Shown here: in pieces, positions 11,947 to 24,400 of the stretch
Layout: every line of letters begins with the position of its first letter
Position numbering within the stretch: the first letter of the stretch is position 1
Source: Podarcis filfolensis
Lineage: Eukaryota
Length of the DNA stretch: 64,000 nt
Strand: one strand, 5' to 3'
Assembly (NCBI GenBank): GCA_964270895.1
Contig: OZ185440.1
Translations under genes and position numbers: made by a program
Notes under the pieces: model-generated
What the model saw: only the letters and a program-made list of their open reading frames with translations
Told to the model about the DNA's origin: nothing
Databases searched by the model: none

Positions 11947-12082
11947 CAGGCTTCCTCAACCTCGGCCCTCCAGATGGTTTTTGCCTACAACTCCCATGAT
12001 CCCTAGCTAGCAGGACCAGTGGTCAGGGATGATGGGAATTGTAGTCTCAAAACATCTGGAGGGCCAGGGTTGAGGAAGCCTG
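11947..12082. mobile_element. hAT palindromic MITE
   Basis: TIRs caggcttcctcaacc / ggttgaggaagcctg; flanks ttctagat / ttctaggg (degenerate 8-bp TSD). Confidence 0.85.
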
Positions 12083-12198
12083 TTCTAGGGGTTCCTGCAA
12101 CCGCCTCAGGGCATGTGCCGGGGGTAAGTAGAAATTGTTGTGATGATGGGACGTGTTAGCTGGATACTATCCACAGTTTGCAATTTCTTACTTTACCA

Positions 12199-12434
12199 CA
12201 GAGCTTTCCGAACTGTGTGTTGCGACACATTAGTGTGTCGGCTGCAGTGTGTAGGCGTTTCACATGAATGCTCCCCATGCTGTTCCCGAGGCTAAAAAGA
12301 GGTTAAGTTTAACCTCTGGTTTGCTAGTAAAACAATTACTATGTTGTGAAATGATGCAAAATGAATTTACTGAATTGCGAAGGGATACCTGCCTAAAAAG
12401 GGTGTCACCAACATAAAAAGTTTGGAAATCTCTC
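12199..12434. mobile_element. hAT-type non-autonomous element
   Basis: Ends cagagctttccgaact / agtttggaaatctct form an inverted repeat. Confidence 0.55.
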
Positions 12435-13927
12435 TTCTACCTGGTTAGAGTCTTCTATTAAAACTTTAAGTAGTGAACAAATCTACTACTGCAAGGGGAC
12501 CGTGCTGCAAGGGATCTTAACTGCCTGTATTCCTGGTTCAATTCTGTGGTACATAACTCAGATTACTTGAAATGACCAAGGAAAAAGCAAGTATCCTTCC
12601 TCTCCATCCACAGACATCAATGCACTTGTGGGGGAGAGGAAGGCAGCTTTCAAGTTTGCTGTCTGTCCCCATCATGCAACTGTCCTCATCAGCTGTGTCA
12701 CAGACCAGCAAGTGCTCACAGAATAATTTACCCATAATAGCTGGATTTCATTTTCACTGTAATTTAAAAACAAAATCCAATAGTGTAGTGCTCCAGAAGG
12801 AAAAAATGGCCAGATGATTGCCGGTATCAGAAATTTTACAGATAAGCTGAGCAAGTACATATGAAGGAACCACCGTGCAACCAGGCCTCCCCCAAATACT
12901 CCCAATTCAACCCAGGAAGGCGAATCAGGTCATCGCCCCCATGTCTCCAGTTTTATCTCCCCTTATGGTATAGAGGAATTGAGCTAGCTGAGGTGTAAGC
13001 CAAGAGCCAGGTTGACTGAACCCAGGGAAGAAGAGTTATTTATCTGCTGTATCTGTCAAGAGGCAACATCCACCCAGGTGCTCATTTTGCCACCAGACTC
13101 TATGAAGTCTGTGGGTAGCAGGGCAAAGGCAGAAAGATGCTGTACTCACCCATTGAAGTCTGAGCAGAAATTGTCTGGATTTCTTTCCAGGAGATACGTA
13201 CAGATCTCAGGATTCATACACAAAAGTAGCCACTGTAAGTTGATAGGCATTTTGTTGTATTTAATGCTTGTTCATTCTTTTATGCGACCATGTGCTTCTG
13301 TTGCATGATCATGTCACCATCACACTGTTAACAATGCAGAGATGGGGAGGGGGGAGCCCTACGGTCTCAGTATGTTACACCTTGAAGAAGCTTGGAGCCC
13401 CATCTGTAGCTACGTTACAATTTGTGAGCAAATGTCTGCCTGGTGACATTTGCTCAAAACAAATGAATTGGCTTTGCTAAAACTTGATTCTTATTCTACG
13501 CTGACACTGTGTGTCTTGGTCCCTGCTGCTGTCTGCCTGAGAGACACTCTGTAACCTCAGCGATGAAAGTTAAACAGCCGGGAGTGTTTGGGGACAAGTA
13601 ATTGAGGCTCAATGTGGAGTGCTGGAGCAGTCCCACCCACTCCCACAGGAGCATTTTAATGGCACCCCAGACCTAAACATATTTACTCAGGAGGCCTGTT
13701 CAATGGGGCTCTCTTCCAAATATGTTAGAATTGTAGCCTGAGCATATAATCAGACTACAAAGCACAAACAAACAAATAGGAAAATGCATTCTACCATATT
13801 GTACCTGGTGATGACCTACTGTACTTGCCTATTCCTGAATGTTTATAAATACAACAGGCTACACTTAGATTTGGCTGTGAGTCTTCTCAGAGCAGATACC
13901 ATCTCCTAGGGAAGTGAAAGCACCTAC

Positions 13928-13933
13928 TTTATT
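13928..13933 (-). terminator. Candidate STRIP1 polyadenylation signal AATAAA
   Basis: First canonical hexamer I found after the STRIP1 stop (about 1.3 kb). Confidence 0.3.
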
Positions 13934-15216
13934 GTCAGGTCCACTTATCTACTTAAAGTAAATGCCTTTACTTCTACCACATTCACGGTCCTGGTTTGCA
14001 GGAACCCAGAGACTAGGTTCTTACAAAACATCATTGGAAGTGGCAGACGTTTGTCTGGACTGACAGTACTATTCCAGATGGCTGTGGGTGTGACTTGCAG
14101 TGGGAAAGTCCAGACACAGGCTTGCCACTTCATCTTCTGTTTATGTGAACTAGACTGGGATGGAGCATCAAGGTAGGATGAGTTACTTGCTTGGGTCACC
14201 AACATCCAGACTGAGAAGACTAGGATTATGCGACATTTAACCAAGAAGCGCAGGCACAAACAAGGTGCCCTGGCAAGGGGTCAAATTAAGCAAACTACAT
14301 TGGCATGCACATCTGTGCATCAAAGCTATTCAAAAATTGAGGCTTTCAAAAAACGAAGGAGGAAAGAATGGCATATTGATGGAAACAGAAAAATGTCAAG
14401 AGTTTCTCTTTCCCTGGTGAAGCCTTCAAAACAGAAGACTGCTCAATGGAAAGAAACAGATATTAATATTCAATTATACTGCAGTTGTTTAGATGTTTGG
14501 TGCCACTACAGGAACAAAAGAAGGTAACATCCCTGATCCAGTTAAATTGCCTTCCCCGTAAAGGGCCAAGCCATTTGTAATCCACCAGATGAGAGAGAAC
14601 ACATCCTATTCCCTGCTCCCAAACCTCTCAATTATACAAGGTCCCTACATGCACTAGATGGGACTCCAGATAGCTCCTTTTCCTATTAGTATGAACAACT
14701 GTATGCACCACCTATCTTTTCTCCTTTCATTCACACCACCATGACACTGTTTTCCATCCTAGCAGCTAACAGAGAAAGGGTTCTGTCCTTTTGGGATAAG
14801 AGTGGGGGCATAGCAGAAAAAAGCTGCCATACTACTTTTGGAACAGAGCAGCTGGCCAATGTCAATGGACAGAAGCCCAACAAGGAGCACGTGAATAGCA
14901 ATCAAAGCTGACACTGGTATTTTGCTCAGCGTTTTTCAATTGATCTGAGTCTCAAAGTGAACTACTCTGAATCCATTTAGCACCTTCTAAACCAATCAGT
15001 AATTGAAGCAGCCCAAAAGATGTAGGAAAGCCATATTTGCTAGGACCTTGAGAGCAGTATAAATCCATGCCGCCACCTGGAGGAGAAGGAAAGAACTGCA
15101 GATTACAAGCCATATGAAAAACCAGTTTTATCTCTTCTCTCTATGCCCGGTTGACCGAAGAGAAGCTGCCTTGTCCTTGGGCACACGTACTAGCTCCGAT
15201 TCCCTCTTCTCAAACG

Positions 15217-15464
15217 TCATTGGAGCAATTCTTCCCAACAGATGGGTCTAGAAAAAACTTCCCTTTCCAGCCACAAGTCATAATTCATTTGGAAATCTTC
15301 AGGCAGTTCTACACGCTGGCCCAGAACACTCTGCAAACAGTTATCCACAGGTAGAAAATCAGGATTGCTATGTGCCCGGTCGTAACGCCGAGAGTTGAAA
15401 CGCTCTATGCTGGCACGCAGAGCACACTCCTCAGCCTGGAAGTCCCAAGGACGGGCATCCAGAT
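15217..15464 (-). CDS. STRIP1: STRIP1 exon 21 coding part ([17 protein letters not shown]...PICWEELLQ*)
   Basis: cag acceptor, TGA stop at 15219-15217. Confidence 0.95.
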
Positions 15465-18400
15465 CTGCAAAAGTCATGAAGCAAACAATCAGCTGAAGGA
15501 GCAGAAGAGCTCCATTCATACCCCCACAATGAAAATGCCATACAATGTCATACAGGCAGTCCAGCATTATGTCATCCCATTTGGCAGATCTTTGAGAAAT
15601 ACAACTTCTAGGGATGAGATGCAAAGGGACTTGCCAGCAGACATAGACATCAATAATATCTCACATTTGTATTCCAACCTTCTATGAAGAAGTATGGAGT
15701 GACTCCATCTTGTTCTTTATGGTCACTCTAGTACAATGGAACCTCGGTTTTTGAATGTAATCCGTTTCAGAAGACTGTTTGACTTCTGAAACGTTCAAAA
15801 ACCGAATATCAATGGGCAATCAGCAAAATCCATTGAAAAAATGGAAAAACATGCAGCAGAAGCTGTTCAACTTCCGAGACGCATTTGAAAACAGAATCAA
15901 TCACTTCCAGGTTTTCTGTGTTTGTGTTCCGAATCATTCAGCTTCCAAGATGTTCAAAAACTGAGGTTCCACTGTAGAAAATAGGTTTAAGGCTAAGACC
16001 CACTGACTTCTCCAAGACTACACTGTATGGTTCATAGCAAGGATCTGAACACGTATTTCTGAGGTCCAAGTTCAACACTATAGTTACTGTACCACACTGT
16101 CTATCAAGCAACATCAATTTAGAGGTGGGGAAGCACATTCCTCAGCTTGCTCTGTTTAGGGTAAGTGGAGCCATCACCATGCGCTCCTAGCAATTACTGA
16201 TGGGATCTGTTAACAGGAAGGCAGATGGGTGATTTAAGGGAACTGGCTTGGCATAGCAGTTAAAGGCTTATGAAAGACTTGGAGTGGGTGGAAAGAGGAG
16301 AGACAGATCCAGGACATACCATTGCCATAAGCCCAGTCATCATTGAGCCGGTGCCGCACTTTTTGGTAGATTGCTGACATGGTCTTCATGTTGCTCTTCC
16401 TCCACTGTCGCCCCAAATACTTGGTCTGCACTTTGAGAAGCTTCAAAACGTAAAGCTGCATCATGGCTTGCTTCACTTTGAGGGCTCGTTTCAGAATGGG
16501 TGCAGACTTGAATACCACCAACATCTGAAAAAACAAAGGAACACTCTCAGTTTTCTAAGACTTCATCTGTGCTTTGGTCAACATCCATTTGCTTAAGGCC
16601 AAAATGATGGTACATGACGAATAAAGCCTTAACAGCACTATGAGAGGAGGCCCTTCTACTCACCATAGTCCTCGAGTGCTTCCACTTTGTTAATTTGTTC
16701 AGTATCCTAAGTAGATTAATGCAGGAAAACAGGTTTCGCCAGCAAAACTGATTGTTGTCTCCAGCTTCCTATAGGAAAAAAAGCAAAACAAAGGAAATAT
16801 TACCAAGTAAGGAAAGTGAGAAATTGCCCCTTATTGACAATGCCATCTCCATCCCTTGGCTATATATGTTTATGTCCAGGTAGTTTAGCTCACCAGACTC
16901 TCTGCAGTCAGCTCAGGCAGCTCATGCACCACACAGTATGGGTAATCCAAAACAGAGATGCTAAAAAACACAAAACACCCCAAACGGATCAGAATGGATG
17001 ACCTATCTAGTCAAATATACCATGTCCAAAATGGTTGCCCCTGCCAGTTTCAAACATATGAGAAAAATGATTGTGACATCATCTCCACCCGCTGCTATTC
17101 AGTTGGCAACAACCAAGAGGCTTCATGCATGAACATCCCAGATACTTACCTACTGCCAAGAAAAATAAGCAGATCAACCAACTAATGTTTTAGTCCACTA
17201 GGACAATGGTGTCTGTTGAGTTCAGTAACACTCATGACCATGGGATCTACATGAACGTCACTCAATGTCTTTTCAAACAAGCACATTTTAAAGCTATCCA
17301 TTTAACAGACAAGTAGTAGTGTTGGTGGAGATGAATGATTTCTCAGCAAGTTTTTGTTTATCAGTGGGATGAAACATCTTCCTTTCTGCAAGTTAAAATT
17401 GTGGAGGATAACTAGTTATTCTTAGATATCCCATCCGGATACCATCTAGGTGTCCCACTGCAAAGATAGTGTGTCACATTTCCTGTCATAGCATTTTGGG
17501 ATACAGGTGTGCTAGAGATTTTCCCACCTACCTGTTCTTGGCAGTGATATATGACATGATGTTTTGATTGAAGAATTTCAGTATAAGGGGGATGCAGTTG
17601 GCAAACACTAGGTGCTGGGCCATGTATTCAAACTGGAGCAGGAAACAGATGTGATAAGAATGGTTAGCCAAGCAAATTCCAGATTCACTTCAATCTCTCT
17701 TTCAATTCCAATGCTGATTGCTCATGCCATTTCATGCTTACCTGATAGACATGGTTTAGCTTAAAATGCTTAAGCAGTAGAAGCAGAACAGCAGAAATGG
17801 CCTTTACAATTATTTCTTTGTGCCTATTCACATCAACGCCTAGTTTCATACTCTGCAACACAGTTGTTCTGGAAGGCAAAGCAGCAATATTAGCTTCAAT
17901 GGCCTGTGATGCTGACTGTGGTAGGGCAGATCTGTCTGTGCTTAATGCTATTATTTATACATTAGTGCAATTCTCCTTTAAGTAGCACTTTATGGTCTCT
18001 CTTTTCTATAGGCCAGTGAAGAAGGTTGCTTTAATTTTAGTTAATATATGGGTGATTAAGGAAAAGATGGCAACTCCTCAATACTTTTCTCCAAGCCCTT
18101 CCTGACTCTGTTTAATATGTCAATAAAATGAAGAATTCAACAAGCTGTGTGTGGCTCCATTTGCCAACATAAGCACTTCAGGGTGTACTGTGCAGAACAA
18201 AAGTTTAAAAGAAAAAAAGTACTGCCTTGAACCCATGTATGCTATGTGGCAGAACCTATTTACCAATCTTATGAAATCTTTGTTGCTCCAGACATGGAGA
18301 AGTACTGTGCATGTATTAATGACACATTCAAATTCAGGAAAAAAAGGTCTTCTACTGAAGCATGAGCATCACCACTTAAGCTGCCTTGAAGCTTCTCAAG

Positions 18401-21400
18401 ACATTGTTGACTTAACATCCCTCTCCATACTTAAGAGGCCTGCTATTTCTAAGGAGACCCATTTTAAAACAGCTTTCCAGGTCCAGTCCAAACACTTCTT
18501 TTCTCTGCTACCAGATCTCTTAATTCTAGGCTGCACACATCATTTTGCAAGGTTCAAGACAATCAAATGTTCCATCATATGAAAAGCATTTGAATTTTTT
18601 TTTATAAAGAACAGCAGGAAAGGAATGTCTAAATATACAAATAAATGTCAGCCTGCCCACTCAACGCCCAACCATTGAATGTCAAGTAAACATCCATTCA
18701 TTGCCTTTGCCCTTCATTCACCATATGCTTTCCCTCTAAGAATAAGACTCACGGCATCTCCTCTGGCAAAACATCTGCTAGGATGTTAATGGAATCGGTC
18801 TTGGCCTTGGAGGTGGGTGCTGCAGCCAGCAGGATCTTCAGCAAGGCAATCTGTGGGTGAAAGTTGAGTGAAGCAAAGAAGGCTTTCAGAATTGCCAAAG
18901 TACAGGAAAGAGGAGAAGGAAACTCAAAGAAACACAGATAACGGGAAGAGATGAACATGAAACATCGAAGGAAATAGCTTGTCACATACTGGCAAGCAAA
19001 GAAGAGATATATCAGAATGGGAGTTTGCATAAGCCAGCAGTGAAATGCAAACTGAGTGTAGCTATTTCTCCCATCTTGAAAATGGTAGAGAGGCTAGAGT
19101 TTAAGAAATGGGAAAAGGGTGTGCTGAAGCTTTGGGAATGAACATTAGGATGAAACGGTAACTCACCATGTACTGTGGCAGGCTAGGAAGTAGACCCTGG
19201 TACAAGATTTCTGCAGGAACTTGTTCAACCTCCTCTTCTCCCTTTATTAACACAAGGAGATAATAGCATCATTCGTTCCAACCTCAAGTGCATGCTAAGT
19301 TAGTCTGAATATTAAGAGCATTCATCCAGAAACTCAGCAAAACTTTCCTTAATAAAGAACTCCTTCCAGAGGCAGCTGCACAGCATCATACCACATAAGG
19401 GTTGGCTCTTGAGTCTCTCTTTCCAATGAGAGTGTCTCATGGGCAGAGTTCTGCTCATGGGAACTCTGGATCAAAGCCAATAATCTGATTTGCAGGTAAG
19501 GAATCAGGAGGGCTCAACTCTTTGACCAACTCACAGCATATGCAGATAACAAAGATCAGCCAAATGTCCAGTTCCAAATTAGAGATTCACACTTTTCTCC
19601 TTCCACTTCTTCATGCAGATGCTTTTTAAAACACAAGTCTTCCCCCTTTTGAACATTTGCCCTATGATACTTACCCCTGACAAGGGAGAACGCAGATACT
19701 CTTCTTCCATTTGCACTTGAATCTCAGCAATAGATGTATATTTGTGCTATAAAGAGACCGGGCAAAGAAAGTTAACCTCATCATTTTGGCAGCACCGTAA
19801 ATTCAAGCACTTTTCCGGCTTAGGATATATTTCTTAGCCTGGACAAGCAGTAACCAATTAGATGTGATGTCTTCTACACATGCAAATTAAAAAGTCCACA
19901 CAGTGAGTACTCACCAGCTTAAGAGTTTTGATGCTCTCATGAATGGGTCTAGGCAACCCCACGACTGTGTTAGTGTCACTAGAGGGGGTGAAAGCAAAAC
20001 CAGTCAGCCAGTAAATATCATAAGTGATACAAATGAGCTATTTTGGTAAAATTGTGAACAGAAAGCTAGTCAATCTGATTAAGGGATTTCACTCTTCTCT
20101 CTGTAATGCTTTCAAACAGTACCTTTTTATTTTTATTTTTTTATTAAATTTCTATACCACACGTCATCTGAGGATCACAGGGCAGCTTACAATACCTGCT
20201 AGGCATGTCCTGATAAACTGTCTAAGAAAAAAATCTCTTTCATTTGTGCATGAGCTTCCTGCTCCTATTGAGTTAATAAAAAATGTTCATTAGTAAGTTC
20301 AGATATGATTCTCTCAGGCTACCTAGCAACCTAAAAAACAGGAATGCTTGGAAATTATAGGAAGCTTCCTCTCAACTTTAAAATATAAAAGCATGCTAGA
20401 TTTTTAAGAATGTTCAGTTTGTGTAATTAGTTATGCATCACCTGAAATAAATAGGAGGATCTAATTGGATGTATCTAAAATGTAATTTTTTTCCCCTATT
20501 AAAATGAAGCACTAATACATAATAAATAAAGGATTATTATTTCTTAGACTTGGAAAAAGTTTGGTTATCTGGATTCAATCTGTAGTTCATATGTACCCTC
20601 TGCAATATGGTTTTGTGACTTAGCGTAGCAGGTTTTCACCATTCCTATTAAGCTTTTAGTTGTACCAGCCAAAAGCCTGGAAAATGTCTGTTACCACTTG
20701 ATATGCTAATTTATTTAGCAACTCTACACATGGTGGGTGTCCTAAGTCTTGTCCTGGTCCTATTCTTCATCTGTCCATAGCAATATTGCGTGTGTGTTTG
20801 TGTATACCGGCACACCTTATTTTTGTTGTTTAAGTATTTTAGTCCTTTTGGTTACTCAAATTACAGCACAATACTATAAAACATTATAGCTGCATTTATA
20901 GTTTTGAGATGCATGTATGATTGCATGCACAGACCTCCTGAGATTTCAAGAGCTGACAATATGGGCAGCAGAAACTCAGTGTCTGAACAGTATCACAGTA
21001 GTGGCTTAACACAGGATGAGAAACGATTATGTGAATGCTTAAAAAAATAACAAAGCCTGAACAGCTTGCTGTCTTTACTTTTTTCAGGAAAAAGTCTGTG
21101 TTGCCAGTTACCCAGCACATTAACTGCATAGTAAGAAGAGATCCCCTACAAACAAGCACAAGAGGCAACAGATTTGGGGCGCCATTAACTCACCTTCCCA
21201 AGGTGTAGCCAATGAATTTGCTTCGACTTGATTCCAGAAACATCTCAATGTCTTTTTCTCTGAAGAAAAGAGAAGAGAATCATATTCAGACAGAACTTTA
21301 GGGCTCCTCAAGATTATTACATATTTCATTCACCACAAAGCCCTGGAGAGATGAAGCTCCTTAATATGCTAGACACAAAAAAATGAGAATGGCTCTTCTG

Positions 21401-24400
21401 ATCTCAAGCATCCTCAAAGACATCAAGGCTCCCAAACATGATCACAATGTCAATGAGAGAAGCCAGAGCATGTATTTCGTTATAGTTATCATATTCAGTA
21501 ATCTATTAGGCGCACTAACCAAGTAGTTGAGCACTGGTTTGAGGCTGAAGATGAGAGCCTTCCAGTTCTGGAATTTTCTTTAAATACAACAATCCTGTAC
21601 AGGTGCTCACCTGACCTTGGGTGCCCAAGGCAAACCTTTTGGGCAGGTCAGTCGGTCAGTCGGTGGGTGCTGGATAGGAGGGGGCATCACTTCATCTCTT
21701 TCAAGAGGGAATGTCTCTCCCTCAAGACTATTGTCATCATCATTCTCCTCCTCTTCTTCCCGGGAGTCATCAGCTTTGTAGGGATCTCGCTCATTGAAGG
21801 CATCTAAGTTATCCTGTTTAATAAGAGCCTGGAAGAATAAACACACAGCAAATGATGTTATAGTCTGCCTTCTCCTTAGGTTCAGTGTCTTCCTAAACAA
21901 AGGAAGATTGCATCCAACCCGGATTGCACCCTGACTTACCTTGTGCTCTCGACGACCCCGTTTTTGCTGCTGCTCAATCAAATCAGAAGCAGATGCTGGA
22001 GGGGAGGCAGCCCTCATGTTGCGAATCACTTTTATGCTATCCTCAGGAAGTGGGGGGAGCCCCAACATCTCCCTTTTCTCTGCTTTCATATCCTGGAGTT
22101 CCTCAAATCCTCCAAGGGTGCACTACGGCAAGAGGATAATTGCAGGTCATTCACTTCCATTATCTCTTTGGTCACTCATAAACCCTTCAAAAACCAGTTT
22201 GTTAAAGGTAAACCAAGATGGAGGAATGGAGGATTTGCTGCAGTTATAGGAATGCCTATCATTCTTCAAAGAACCATTTGTGTATATGAGAAGGCACAGC
22301 AGAGACCAAAGAACATAGCATTTTAAACCTGTCTTTGTGCTCATATGAAACATTTTCACAGCTAACTTTCAAACAAATGAAGTTAAAGACACTCGCTCAT
22401 GAAGCTGAGAGCTCCACATTCCTAGCAGACACACATACAGTGGTACCTCGGCTTTGGAACATCTCCGTTGATGAACATTTTGGTTTTCCAACATGCCTCG
22501 ATAGTCGAACATGCCATGCGGCTTCTGCTGAGTGCAAGATCCTGAGGCCTAGCTGTTGGCTATTGAGTTTTCGGTTTTTGAACATTTCAGAACTTGAACG
22601 GTCTTCTGGAATGGATTACATTCGAAAACCAAGGTACCACTGTATTTAACATATCCTTCTCTTTCTTCAAGAAGTTCAGAGGGGCTTACATGAGACTTCC
22701 GGGCAATTCTCATCCACTCACTGACAGGGAAAGACCACTTTAGTTTAAACAGTAGCATATGATACCTGTCTGTGGTATCTGTACTATTATGCTCTTTACT
22801 CGGCAGCCAGAGGAACACCAAGAACTCTGGAAAAGCCAGGTAGGCTTATCTGAAATAGGTGTGTTTAGCTGAGTGGCAGCTGGACCACACTGAACTGATC
22901 ACAGAAGTAGGTCCTTTGAAAACTAGCAACAACATTGCACTTTATTGATTTCATGATCATTTAGTCTTAAACAGCTGAAAAATATGTCCTTATCATCCAC
23001 AAATGGATTATATTATAGCATCCTAGTTGTAGCACCACCATCTTTAAACTATACATTTCAGCAGTTCAAAAAGAAAAAGAAAAAGCAAGCCAAATGTATG
23101 CAGTATGAGTTTCATTAGGTCAGCAACTAAAATAACTTCTTTTATTTCTGTGCTCTTTTTAAAAAGATTATGCATTAGTGCACTGCAAGTCCATTTATTA
23201 ACTAACCTGGGATACTTTTCTAGTCAATATCCAGAAATCGTTTATTTAAATATGAAAAATTAAAACAATTTGGTGTGGTGGAATTAACATTTCATAATTA
23301 AATAAAATTAAAGACTGCATGGTTTTCAAATTCCATGTAAACTGAACCTCTTCCTGAGATACTTTAGCTAGCAAGAAAATATTCATCATCTCTTTCTTCC
23401 GAGTTTCAAAATATCTATAAATTTGTTAATTTAAACAAAACAACCCAGAAGCCTCATTTCACATTAATAATGATTTTCCTTCCAATGTGTCAATGGCAGC
23501 TTGATTTGCTCAGGCTTGGATCCATGATGCCATCTGCTATTTTCAAGCAATCGAAAAGCCCTGAGGATACCCAGACTCAGCTAGCAGCCAGCATAAGAAA
23601 CCAGCAGCACTGCTACAGGGATGTGCCAAATGGCATTATCAGGACATATATGAAAGGAGTTGAATAAGCCCAACAAATTACAGAGCAGCTCTCCTGTGTG
23701 TCTGTTTTGTCAACAGTGATGGAAAAGATCAGCAAGGGATTTTTTTCCCAAGTCACTATCTAAGATCCTGCTTCAACCCAGCACTGTTCATAGCTTGTAG
23801 GTGCACTGCACAGTGCATGAAAAGGGACTGGTTCTGTGCCTGTGGGTATAATATCCCCACCCCCAAAACTCCACTGCTGTGTATAGCAAAGTTTCCACGA
23901 GATTTTTCAATGGTGGTGACAAACTCAACCTAGGATATTATCATACAACACATAGACACCCTTGTAGTGGTTTACATTTATTGGTTAGATACAATAGAGC
24001 TTTTAATAATAAAAAGGACTCTGGACCTATGCATGTCCTACAGCTTAAACGCTAAGCATGCTTGTCTCTGAACTGATCTCAGTCAAGAAATTAAAACAGC
24101 ACCACCACATCACTTTGTGTAATCCTGGTTATATCCCAAGGGGACAGAGTTTTTAGTTACAGCAAAAGAAGCAATCTGTTAAAACACCAATTATTTGTAG
24201 GCAACAACCTCTTACCAGGACAGTCTTCCAGAGCAGCAGCAACACCTTCTTCATAGGGAAGTGTGGGGCATGGCCACTGCAGAATTTGGTCACCATTCCA
24301 AAGAGCATCACGGAAAATGGCTCATTGTTATACAGAGGTGCCCCTGAAAGGCAATATATTGGCGATGGCCATGTTACATGCAGATGCCTCAGTTCTAGCT

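Noticed and set aside
13987-14012. ggtcctggtttgcaggaacccagag loosely resembles the homeobox VWFQNRR codons on the strand expected for ALX3
   Set aside because: It needs three single-base gaps in about 20 nt and has no flanking similarity, which is consistent with chance.
14228-14527. Basic 99-aa ORF (KKRRHK, KKRRRK) in the ALX3 slot
   Set aside because: No homeodomain helix pattern; it is probably antisense to the STRIP1 3' UTR.
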